From the NCBI GenBank assembly GCA_951406725.2, contig OX597815.1, positions 67,580,001 to 67,644,000 on the forward strand: a stretch of 64,000 bases of DNA, read 5' to 3'. Below are positions 52,716 through 64,000 of this stretch, one piece after another. Made by a program: the position numbers and the translations under genes. The DNA is from Octopus vulgaris (lineage: Eukaryota). The notes under the pieces are model-generated. The model was not told where the DNA came from. It did not search any database and saw only the letters and a list, made by a program, of their open reading frames with translations. The stretch's first letter is position 1. Each line of letters opens with the position of its first letter.

Positions 52716-54844
52716 ACATGTGCAGATGGTCAACATTGATCGACGGAGTCCTCTGTATGTTGTTGCTGTTATTCTTGCTCTTGCTTCGGATGTTTCACTA
52801 TTGTTGCTATGTGGTTTCTTGTGGTTTCTTGTGTGTTTTCATGTGGTTGCTTTTGTTATTGGTGCAGTTTGTTGGTGTAAAACTCAGGCTTCCATGGATT
52901 ACCCTCCCTATCAACAAGTGCCCCTCACCCTAGATGAAATCCCCGACCTTCAGGCACAACATGCTAAGAGTAAAACCATTCAGTGGGCCCTTAATCTTCA
53001 TATTCCTAGTACCAATAATGGCATCAGACACAACCTCATATGTAGATATTATTACTTGGTAACGAGACGAATGAAGGAGAATCGAAGAATTTAGCAAAAA
53101 AATTAATCCAAAACCATAATTATTAAAAATGATGTGGTAACACGCTTGATTTCAGATAGTGTGTATATTTTTATATTTATTTTTATCTCTGTATTTTTGG
53201 ATTATTATATTATTGTTGCTTTCTTTTTTTCAATTCGGAAGCCAGGCAATTTCTACAACTACCAAAGGTTAACTGTGTTAAATCATGCGCTTGTTTTCTG
53301 TGTTTAGAACAGCTTTAGGCCGTAATACTTTGAAACTATGATAACAGATTGTGAATCGTCTAAAGAAAATAGTAATCAATTAATTTGTGTATATACCTAT
53401 AAAATTATGTGTGCATGTATATGTATATATGTTTGTGTGCAACGAGTGTGTGTATGAGTGTGTTTCTGTGTGTGCGAACTTAACGTGTGTGCATGTGTGT
53501 GTGTGTGTGCTAATAGCTACTAGTAATAAGAAAATGAAAATGCTTGGCTATGATTTCCAATGCTTCCATAAAGAGGCGTTCAAAGCAGGAATTAAGAGCA
53601 AAAAGAAAAAAAAGAAAAGAAAAAGAAACCGAATACATGGTTCAAACCGATTTTCTTATACCAAGAATACTGTTGAGGAATACATAAACATCACAGCATC
53701 ACTGCCTTGCGTTAACTCAAAAGAAACTAATTTGAAAAATCTATGGAACAGAAATTAAGTCTAAACGAAACCAAGTATTCAGCCGAGTATTTCAATATCA
53801 CTGACACTATTAATTCCCTTTGAAGAAAGGCAACAATATTACTAAATCCCACAGCATTTACCTTTATAAATATATGATGCAAACTACATGTAAAATACTC
53901 TCAACATTCTTCTGTCTTTTCATGGTAGACAGAGGGTAGAAGCACCAATCGATATTAACTTTGGAGTCTGATTTCTTTTTTAAGTTCAAATTCATCCGGG
54001 TCCGAGAAAACAAGTTGTATCAGTAATATGGAGTCAGTTTATTCGACTGTGACACCTGACCAACAATGATTAGAAATGTATTTAATCAAATGAAATCAAT
54101 AATTATTTGAAGACACATAGTATTATCCCTTCTAGAGACCAGATTGCAACCAGTTTAGGTTTCCGGTACATTTCATTTCACTTAATTACACAATGTCTTT
54201 TAACTATAAAGATTTAGCTAAGTAAAATAACAAACAACAACAGCAACAACAATAACAACGATGATGATGATGATGATGATGATGGTAATTGCTACTGAAG
54301 TTATTACAACTGCAGTGGTTGTTGCCGTTATTTTCTCAACTTGCACCTAGTTTAAAAATATTTCAATGTAACATTTTTTTAACATTTTAATCATCTAAGC
54401 AGTTGCTGCATATCTGTGTGTCTGTTTGTCTGTCTATCTGTCTGTTTATATACATATGTTCATACACTCACAGACATACAAACACAGTCGCTGTTATTGC
54501 TGTTGTTGTTAATCAATACAACACCGTTTCTCACCTGTTGTGTAGTTGTTGTTCTGTTTGTTCACCAGTACATCTCCCATGTTCGCTATAATGACTACAC
54601 GCATGTGTGCGTGTACGACCAAACTAATGCAATAGCTAACATCACAACGAACAGGCCCAATCCAATCGAATTTATCTGTTAAGAATCAACAGACCGGAAG
54701 AGCGGAAAGACCGGAAGCTTTCAGCATGCCTCACTTTCAGTTATCTTCAACTGAATTGTCAAAAGTGCTGCAACTAAGCAGATTCAACAATTTACGTGGA
54801 GAACAGGGAATTATCACTTGATTTTCTTGTTATAGGTGTTTATA

Positions 54845-54903
<59 letters not shown>

Positions 54904-54904
54904 C

Positions 54905-55360
54905 CAGAATCGTTAGCACGCCAGGCTAGATGATTAGCGGTATTTCGTATACCGCTACGTTCTGAGTTCAAATTCCGCCGAAGTCGACTTTGCCTTTCAT
55001 CATTTTGGGGTCAATAAAACAAGTACCAGTTGAGTACTGGGATCGATGTTATCGACTGAACCATCCCCCCCACTTAAATTCCAGGCGTTTTGCTTATAGT
55101 ATAAAGGATTATTATTATCATTTTCATTATCATTATTATTATTATTATTATTGTTATTATTATTATTATTAGGCGAGATGGCAGAATCGTTAGCACACTG
55201 GGCAAATTGCTTAGCGGCATTTCGTCCATCTTTACGTTCTGAGTTAAGGGTGAATATTGCCTTTCAGGATCGATAAAATAAGTACCAATTGAACACTGGG
55301 ATTGATTTAATCGACTCAGCCCCTCACCCCAAACCTGCTGGCATTTTGCCAACATTGAAA
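54905..55360 (+). mobile_element. Two family A SINEs, each preceded by (TTA)n
   Basis: cagaatcgttagcac...ttctgagtt near 54905 and again near 55180. Confidence 0.85.
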
Positions 55361-55544
55361 ACCATTATTGTTATTCAGTGGCATTAATTCTATCACTGCA
55401 TTATTGATCGTAGTTCTGTGTGCTTTGTATATGTGCTGTGGTTTGTTTTGGTATTATTATTTTTACTCTGCTTTGCGTAAGAATGAGTGTAGTGTCTAGC
55501 AGTGCTATTTCCTGTATGTGTGGTGTGTGTGTGTGCGTGCGCGC

Positions 55545-55769
55545 GCGCGGTTGTGTGGTAAAAAAGCTTGCTTCCCACCCACATGGTTTCAGGTTCAGTC
55601 TCACTGCCTGGGACCTTGGGCAAGTGTCTTCTCCTATAGCCTTGGACTGACCAAAGCCTTGTGAGTAGATTTAGTGGACAGACGGAATCTAAAAAAAGCC
55701 CGTCGAATATATATATATATGTGTGTGTGTGTGTGCATGTGTGTGTGTGCTTGTGTGTGTGTGTGTGCT

Positions 55770-55801
<32 letters not shown>

Positions 55802-56092
55802 CACATCCGTGTGTGTGTGTGGTGTGTATGTATCTATGTATTTGTGTGTGTTTGTATGTGTATGTGTGTGTGTCTGTGTCTGTTTCTATATTTATCCTCC
55901 CCGCCATCGCTTGACAACCGATGCTGGTGTGTTTATGCCCCGTAACTTAGCGGTTCGGCAACAAAGTTCGAAATAATAAGTACTAGGCTTACAAAGAATA
56001 AGTCCAGGAGCGATTTCTTCGACTAAAACCTTTGAAGGTGGTGCTCCAGCATGGCTGAAGTCAAATGATTAAAACAAGTAAAAGAATAAAAA
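55545..56092 (+). mobile_element. Family B SINE, full length with expanded internal microsatellite
   Basis: Colinear with 17797-18205. Confidence 0.88.
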
Positions 56093-56749
56093 ATTATATA
56101 GCCATAAGTCCTGGTGTTTTGGTAATGCTATTGTCTGTGTTTTTTAACCATACCTAAATGCACCTATTATTAATAGGGATTATTTCTGTTTCCAGGTTCC
56201 ATATTCAGGTTATCTCTATTTCTAGATTTTTGCATTTCGAGAGTTTGTGTTTCTTTGTTTATTATTATTATTGCTGTTGTTATTTTCTTATTGTAGCTGC
56301 TTTCTAGTTGAGTTATGCGAGTTATTTTTTTTATTAATGTATTTATAACGAAAGCGGGTATATATACTTAGGTATGTAATTGGGAACGCAGGGTGGAAAT
56401 ATAAAAGCATACTCTGTTCCCGTGTGTTTGTGTGTGTGCGTGTGTGTGTGTGCGTGCGTGTGTGTGCGTGTGTGTCTGTGTGTGTGTGTCTGTGTGTGAG
56501 ATTGCGTTCCGCTAAATATGGTATAAAAGTAAAAATGTTATGGTATTTATGCTTCTTCACGTACGTATATTCACATGCGATGTGTGATATTCGTTGCCGT
56601 TGTTTTTGCCGTCGTTGTTTGAACTCAAGTGACCTTTGGTCAAGAGTAAATCTAAGATCAAAGCCACCTCATTTATTCACAGATGTCTTTTATTCATTCC
56701 TATATTTACGGTTCTATTTATCTCTCTTTTTTTCTTCTCCAGTTATGCT

Positions 56750-57250
56750 ATGGGCGCAGTTATGGCTGTGTAGTTCAGAAGTGAACTTTGCATCTGTGTG
56801 GTTTCGAGTTCATTCCCACTACACGGCACCTTGGTCTTCTATAGCTCCGTGCCTTCTACTGTCTTGTGAGTGAATATAGTAGACCGAAACTATGTAGAAG
56901 CTACGGTATGTGTGTGTTAAGAATTCTGCTTCGCAACCACGAGGTCCCCGGTTCGATCCTACTGTGCGGCATCTTGGGCAAATGTTATTTTCTATATCCA
57001 TAGGCCGACGCATACTTTATGGGTGAAATTGTGTAGAGGGGAAACTGTATGGAAGCTTGTCGGGTGGATTGTATCCGCAATTAAAAAATCCGCAATGTTG
57101 TCCCACACTGTGTCGCACTGATTCTGCCTGGAAATTACTTTAAGAGTTTACGTACTATGGAATGCTAGGTCACTTGCATGTTAAACTCAGGAACAGCTAA
57201 CTGAATTGATCAAACTGAATCCTCATCGTTGAACTGCAGAGATTCTCCAT
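56750..57250 (+). mobile_element. Two family B-type heads in tandem, the second followed by a family C-type tail
   Basis: Heads at about 56750 and 56910 (ggttcgatcctactgtgcggcatcttgggcaa); tail cactgtgtcgcactgattct...cacttgcatgttaa...cctcatcgt matches the reverse complement of 19757-19910. Confidence 0.7.
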
Positions 57251-57353
57251 TAAAAATGTATATCTATATCTGGTATTTGACATCGTTTATTTATTTACAT
57301 GCTTGTGACCATGTTTATACTCACAGATAACAAATGATTTTGGTGCATCTGCC

Positions 57354-57387
<34 letters not shown>

Positions 57388-57773
57388 TCTGTATTATATA
57401 TGTATATGTCTGCATACATTTTATGTATACGTGTGCATATGTGTGTGAATGTGTGTATGTGTACGTGTTTGTAAGTGTGTGTCATATGCGTGTATGTGTG
57501 AGTGTGCGTGTGTATGTACTCTCAACAGACAACTACTGAACATCGCATGTTTATCAACAGAGTAAACTAGTAAATGATATCAAAGGCACATGGGAACCAA
57601 TAAATAATGATTTCTAAATAATCCAAACCAAAACAATGATGTGCCAAGGATTTGATAACAAGAATAGTAAATTAATTTTAGTTGTGTGTATTGGAAACGG
57701 TAACGAATCACACATGGGAATTAATTATGAAGCCAACATTAGTAAACAAAATTAATTTGTATGTATGTATGTA

Positions 57774-57804
<31 letters not shown>

Positions 57805-57813
57805 GCACACACG

Positions 57814-57902
<89 letters not shown>

Positions 57903-57917
57903 AATAGATGGACTAGA

Positions 57918-58002
<85 letters not shown>

Positions 58003-58179
58003 AACCGATGATGAGGTGGACATGATAGCATATATTGTGTGTTTCAAATACTTGTTAGTATTTGCTCTAGAAATGATGATCGAAATCGTAGCATTTATTT
58101 CATTGTTGAATTAAACGTAATCCATATACCAACACAACTTAAATATGCTCTAATACATACATCAGTTATACATGTATGC

Positions 58180-58580
58180 ATGTCCGGGTAGCCGAACATT
58201 TCCATGATCTTTCAAAGTTCTTCACGACTGGCGGTGTGGAAGACCTTGAACTTTCACACTGTCAGTTGTTAGCTCTGCAAACTCCGTATATGAGACCATG
58301 TTCTGTTTCTGACACTTCTGAAGTTTGCGTGCATGTCAACTGTCCCACGGCCCTTTCTGAAGTCACACGGACTCTGGCAGATATCCGTTTGCCATGTGAT
58401 TGATGTGTGAGGCGGTGAAGGAGGACTCTTGCGAGTATTTTTCCGGCGATATTTTACCCGTGGTTGTCGCAGGACTGATTGTTTCCCATTCTCTTGTAGG
58501 AATGGACATTAGAAGCATCCGTGAGCTCCTGGAGAACAACTTCGTGTTGCTGAAAGAGATTAGTGAGCTTCTGTGCTAAG
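58180..58580 (-). mobile_element. RTE-clade LINE, inverted 5' segment (RT N-terminal subdomains)
   Basis: Minus strand: QELTDAS, YKRMGNNQSCDNHG, IAGKILARVLLHRL, YLPES, DFRKGRGTVDM, KIMEMFGYPD. Confidence 0.8.
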
Positions 58581-58589
58581 AGAAGGTTG

Positions 58590-59298
58590 TTCTTGAGTTG
58601 ACATACCTCAGTTGCACACTCCACAACTGCTAACGTTGACGATTAAAGTCGACACACGCATCGCCAAGGGAAGCTCAGCATTCAGGTGGTTACGTGAATC
58701 AGTATGGGGGAAGAGAGGTATTAGGCTGGCCATCAAGTTGGTGTACCAAGCAGTTGTACTGCCTACGCTACTGCACGCCTGCGGGGATTGGACTTTTACG
58801 AGCGCAAAAACCGCTTCCACATGAACTGTCTGGCAAGATGAGGTCACAAACACGGAGGTCCTCTCTCCAGCTGATCTGCCAAGCTTTTACACACTGTTGA
58901 GAAGAGCTCAAGTCAGGTGAGCCACCTAGTTTGAATGCCTGATACGTGACCCTCCAAGAGACAGCTGGCAGAGGGAAAACGCACGCAAGGTGGACAGAAA
59001 ATCGCTTCAAGAACATGCTCAAAGCCTCGCTGAAGAGTTTTGAGATCAACTCCTCCAACGCCTGGGAAACACAAACACAACACTGCAAAGCTCACCAACA
59101 GAGGTGCCATCTCCTACAAACACAACAGGATTGTAAGGGCACAAAGAAAACACAAACTACTCAAGTCCAGAGTCAACGCCTTTCCTTCAGTCTCAACAAC
59201 CTGCGACAGAGTCTTCCAAGCACACATCGGACTAACTAGCCACAGCTGACGCATGTGATCTCTTTGGTCATCGTCGACAATGACGGACGAACTAATAA
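58590..59298 (+). mobile_element. RTE/BovB-like LINE 3' end
   Basis: VDTRIAKGSSAF, VYQAVVLPTLL, WQDEVTNTEVL, RFKNMLKASLK, CDRVFQAHIGLTSH, then 3' hairpin tcatcgtcgacaatgacgga and a short taa tail. Confidence 0.88.
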
Positions 59299-59734
59299 AT
59301 AATACACAATAAATATATGTATGTATATAGATAGATGGTCACGCATACATATATACATACGGGCATTCATATATACAAACGTACATGTATAAACATGCTT
59401 GCATAACAAATAACTAAACAGAATTGGGGAGTTTAGTTGTTTACTACTATTTTTCACAACACACCAGAATTGTTTGCTGATACTCCAAATTCTTAGATTA
59501 TTTTCTATCTTATATTTGATAAGGAATATCTTTCCCGAAATATAATAGATTATATAAACTATGTATAGACACTATCTTCATTTCTATTTACTAGCATCTA
59601 TATTTCTATAATTTGCAAAATTTCTTACGTAGATTGCTTAAAGCATTTTAAAAATGTTTATATCATTTACACATTCCAATGCTTCAAGCGAATTACAATA
59701 CACTTTTAATACTTTGATAAATATATAAAGTAGT

Positions 59735-59890
59735 AGATTAGTCAAATCGTTAGAAATTCGGATAAACTGTCTAGTGGTATTTGTTTCAGCTCTCTACATT
59801 CTCATTTCAAATGTCACCGAAGTCAACTTTGCCTGTCATCGTTTCTGGGAGGGAGGAGGTGAAAATATGCCAATCATGCACTGGGGTAGA
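59735..59890 (+). mobile_element. Family A SINE, very diverged
   Basis: ttcaaatgtcaccgaagtcaactttgcctgtcatc. Confidence 0.55.
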
Positions 59891-60779
59891 TTCTTCTTTT
59901 TCTCTCTGTCAATCTCTTTCTGGAAGAAATCGGCTGTGGTTAGACTTGGTAAGACAGTCACTCCACCAAGACAAATGCACCATGTTTAAGACACACAGTG
60001 GCGCCTCCTGGCCACATCATAATTTGAGGACCTACAACAAGGCAATTCAATGTCACCTTCTTCTGTACGTTACAGCGTGGGTTTGAAGGACTTTATCACA
60101 AATTTAAGGAACAGAAGACGGGCAATATAGATCAGATTAGAGTCTAACGCATCTGATTCCTGATCACTTGATCCTATTAAGTTTTTATGCACAATGAATT
60201 GAAGCGTAATTACATTAAAAATATATATATTTTTTAAATAGTTCACTGTTATCATTAAAGTAGTTTACTTGAAAGCTGAAGTTAAGGTCAACCCATCTAC
60301 TCAGGTAGAAAATATATTATTTTAATGTTGGGGTAGAACTGCATTTAGTGGAGAGGATCCAGTGCGGAATTTCAGGAGTTTTAGGAGTATAGAATTACTC
60401 CATAGTCATCACTACTTGCATGTCCGCTCTGACCCGGTATAATAGGATCTTTTAAGGACCTTAGTTATGGGTTAAATAACAGAAAATGGACTTGTGGTTA
60501 AGATATACAAGGATGGTGGAAGGCTGGCCTCTGGAAATGTGTCCACTGGTATGTGGGCATGCCTTGATGTCAAGCGAACCATCCCCCTTACCTAGAGGTT
60601 AAATAGTTTCTGTGTCTCAAGGGTAAGTTCGAGAGAGCAGATAAGCAAAGTAAACTGTAAATAAACCTGGAGAAGGCAGCGGGAAACTATTGTATCTTTC
60701 CTAAGAAAAATAATAAATTTTTAAACTTTGCTATGGAGGTTTATGATCGTTCATGTCTATAGATTTAGTAAATGGAAAC

Positions 60780-60960
60780 AGAGAAGAAGGAAAAATAGAG
60801 ATACAGAGAGATAGGGAAGAGGGGCAAAGGAAAAGAAAGATAGGGAGAGATAAGGAAGAGGGGGAGAGAAAGAGAGATAGGGAGAGATAGGGAAGAGGGA
60901 GAAAGGGAGAGAAAAAGAGCTAGGAGATAGGGAAGAGAGAGAAAGGGAGAGAAAGAAGAA
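60780..60960. repeat. Polypurine (GA-rich) tract
   Basis: Recurring gagataggga units. Confidence 0.85.
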
Positions 60961-61519
60961 TTAATCCATGTTAGGGAATGTTTTATATGTGGGCAGCAGT
61001 GTGACCAAAAGACCAACGCCATGTTACTCTGTTATGTTCGTGACAATTAGAGTTGCTGCTGTGAAAAGGTCAACACCATAAACTTCTTATGGGAATTAGC
61101 TTATTTATAAAAGGTCACTGTCAACACATGGTTGGCAATGAAGAACAGAATCAGCGCCGCCATCAATGATTGCCTGAACCAACAGGAGAATATCAAATAG
61201 CTAGATTCTTTCTCTTACCAAAGATCCTTGGAAGGAGATAAATGATATCGGATCACATGAAAATAGGGAGTCGACAGAAGTAGCAGTGTTCCATTATCTT
61301 CTTTTGTCGTCTCCTTTTAATTCTACTGAGATAAGATAAACATTGTAGGGGGTCAATAGAATAATTGGAGCTGAGCCAACCGACTGTAACTGTTATCTAC
61401 AATGTGGGGTCACGGCTCAGTGTGTGAAATCAATATTTAGTTCCATTTCTCTACGCTCTGACTTCAGAAAACCCATCGATATTACCTTATCTGTCACGCC
61501 CTTAGTTTCATAGAATAAT

Positions 61520-61770
61520 TGCTTCAAATTTTGGTGCAAGGCCAGCAATTTTAAAGAGGGTTAGTTGATTACATCAATCCCAGTACTTGACTGTTTTTTT
61601 TATTCTATCGACCATAAAAGTATGATTGGTAAAGTTGATCTCGGCGGGATTTGAAATTAGTACCACGCTAGACCTGGAGTGCATTTTAAGTATCTCGGAA
61701 GAATTGAACTCGGAACGTAAAGAGCCCGGAATAAATACTGCTAGGTATCCAGTCTGTATTCACCGCCGTG
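61520..61770 (-). mobile_element. Family A SINE with a small internal insertion
   Basis: gattacatcaatcccagtacttgactg...tcggcgggatttgaa...gaactcggaacgtaaag. Confidence 0.7.
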
Positions 61771-61819
61771 AATTAGTCCTTTCTAATACTGATCACGAAA
61801 AATTATAAAGTAAAGATAC

Positions 61820-62065
61820 GTTGTTTAGCGGTTAGGGTGTTGCACTCACAATCTCAAGATCACGGTTTCGATTCCCAGATGATCAGTGTGTTGTGTTCTT
61901 CAACGAAATACTGCATTTCATATTGCCCTAGGCCACTCAGCTGTAAAAGAGTCACCCCCACGATGGACTGGCATCTTGTTCAGGGTGATTGTTGGAGTTT
62001 CGGTTACTTGTATGCCATGGAGACTCAGTAACCGGCCCTAGTAATCCTAGGGCTCGAAACAATAA
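61820..62065 (+). mobile_element. tRNA-headed SINE, family D, with a conserved-core-like domain
   Basis: Head agcggttagggtgttg...ggtttcgattccc; core cagctgtaaa...cgatggactggcatcttgttcagggtg. Confidence 0.65.
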
Positions 62066-62699
62066 TATCCCGCGGTTGATGATGATAATGATCGTGGTGG
62101 TGGTGGTCGTCGTCGTTGTTTTGGTGATGATGATGATGATGATGGTGATGATAATGATGACGATGACGACAACCACGATGACGATGAGGATGATGAAAGA
62201 ATAGAAGACAAAATTGACGTCATATTCGATTCTAGAGAGAGAACAGTCATAATATTCTATTCGGTGCTCTAACGATACTGCCAAGAATTTACCACCGTAC
62301 TTCTATTGACCACAAAATACAGTAAAGAATTTGAATTTATTTCTTCGTGTTCAAATACCAATTTAGCTCCTTCCTGTTTTCATCAGTAGGGTGTTGATAA
62401 AATCTAGTTATAAGCAGTTATTGCAGTTCAATAATTGCCTCCTAAAATTTTTGTAATTATATAATTTTCATGGCCAGTGTAAGAAATCATTAGCGATAAT
62501 GAAATATTAATTAGTGAGTTTAGTAATTCCAATTAATACTCAGACAGGTTTTAATTATAAATGTCAGTTTGTGTGTGTGTGTTTTGTTTTTATTATTTAT
62601 TTTTTTTCATTTCTGATGTGTTCACATTGTCACTTCCAATACGTCACTGATGTAACTAACACCACTGCTGTTGACTTAAAATATTTCAACAAACACTGC

Positions 62700-63003
62700 A
62701 ACAGTGTTTGCATTGCCACTACAAACACCCTACCACCACCACCAATACCACTACCACCACTATTAACACTACCACTACCATTTATCACACTGCCACTGTA
62801 AACACACCGCCACAACCACCACCCCCATCATAATCACCACCAAGGCACTGCGAATATCAAACATTAACACATTTACTGTCATCTTTACCGTTATTATCAT
62901 CCCTAACACATGCATCACAATGACGAGGATGATCCCTATCACGACCATCACCACAACCACCACAGCTATCACTACCTCTATCACCACCATCACCACCACC
63001 ACC

Positions 63004-63068
<65 letters not shown>

Positions 63069-63623
63069 CACCACCACCACCACCACCACTACCACTACTA
63101 CTACTACTACTACTACAACTGTTGCTACTGCTGCTGCTACTGCTGCTGCTGCTGCTTGTAACTCTATTTCCAATATGGCTGCGACTTGTACTACTTTCGT
63201 TACCATCGTCACCGTCGCAGCCAGCATCTCTACAACCAGCTTCAGCTACAATCATCCTCACCACCACTGCCGCTGCTGCCGCCTCCACCACCACCGCCAC
63301 TACAATCATCACCATCATCATCATCGCCATCATCATCCCTACCATCGTCATCGACATAACCATCACCATCATTGCCATCATCATCACCATAATCGTCACC
63401 ATTATTATCGTCGTCGGCAAATTTATCACCGTCGTGGCAATCATCATCATCATCATTACCACCTCCATTACCACTACTTGCCGATGACGACACCTGCCAT
63501 AGAACAGCAGACGACAATTGTCAAACGGATATCCTGTGATTACGTTAAAATCAAGTCAAATTCAACTGGATGCTCGTCCTATGCTAATTTGCAATAGCTC
63601 GCTTAAACTACAACATCGACTAT

Positions 63624-63716
<93 letters not shown>

Positions 63717-63803
63717 GGCGGCGGCGGCTGCTGCTAGTGTAGTAGTAGTGGTTTTGTTGTTGTTGTTGTTGTTGTTGTTGTTGGTGATGGTGGTGGTGGT
63801 GGT
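62700..63803. repeat. Compound trinucleotide low-complexity region (ACC/ACT/GCT/CAT/GTT)
   Basis: Direct reading; it produces poly-T/H/V/S ORFs on both strands. Confidence 0.9.
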
Positions 63804-64000
63804 ACGGTCGGGCGTTAGAGAAATGTCGCCAACCCCGTGAGAAGATTTTCTGCATTAAAAGTCGAGGGAATGTCTGTGTGGTTTCTCGATTTGCTAGAAA
63901 TAACAGCCGGAAATCCCTTAGGTAATACATTACTGTCTCGAAGAGATGGATGGGAAACATGTTTGATTATGTAGTCTTGGACACAGAAAGCTCGAAAGAA

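Noticed and set aside
52720-53094. 124-aa hydrophobic ORF
   Set aside because: The hydrophobic part is GTT/GT-rich low-complexity sequence; no recognisable domain.
62775-63960. Long poly-Thr/His/Val/Ser ORFs (mucin-like appearance)
   Set aside because: Open on both strands in several frames only because trinucleotide repeats lack stops; no domain or splice context.

Overview
This is an AT-rich, microsatellite-saturated animal genomic window. The tRNA-derived SINE families look like the octopus OK/OR-type SINEs, so a cephalopod origin is inferred. I can support no host protein-coding exon, rRNA, genuine tRNA or CRISPR array, and almost all ORFs in the track are read-throughs of (TA)n, (CA)n, (TAGA)n, (AAT)n or (ACC)n repeats. 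Recognisable content: about 30 SINE copies; three 5'-truncated R4/Dong-like RLE LINEs, each flanked by (AAT)n; a 3'-truncated Tx1/L1-clade LINE; a Penelope-like element with inverted ~210-bp ends; a 5'-inverted RTE LINE; a CR1-type fragment; two mariner/Tc1 relics; four Helitron relics; and MITEs. The most interesting signal is a set of non-coding fold-back (palindromic) elements beside (TA)n tracts that carry minimal type I hammerhead-ribozyme motifs. One sits in the loop of a 148-bp-arm palindrome and has a compensatory U3-A8 core pair (5105-5145). A second palindrome (19049-19442) has a motif in each arm, with covarying stem I. Other points are short templated duplications into microsatellites, repeated inverted duplications at TE ends, and SINE head/tail swapping. 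All family assignments come from motif recognition by eye; no database search was run.
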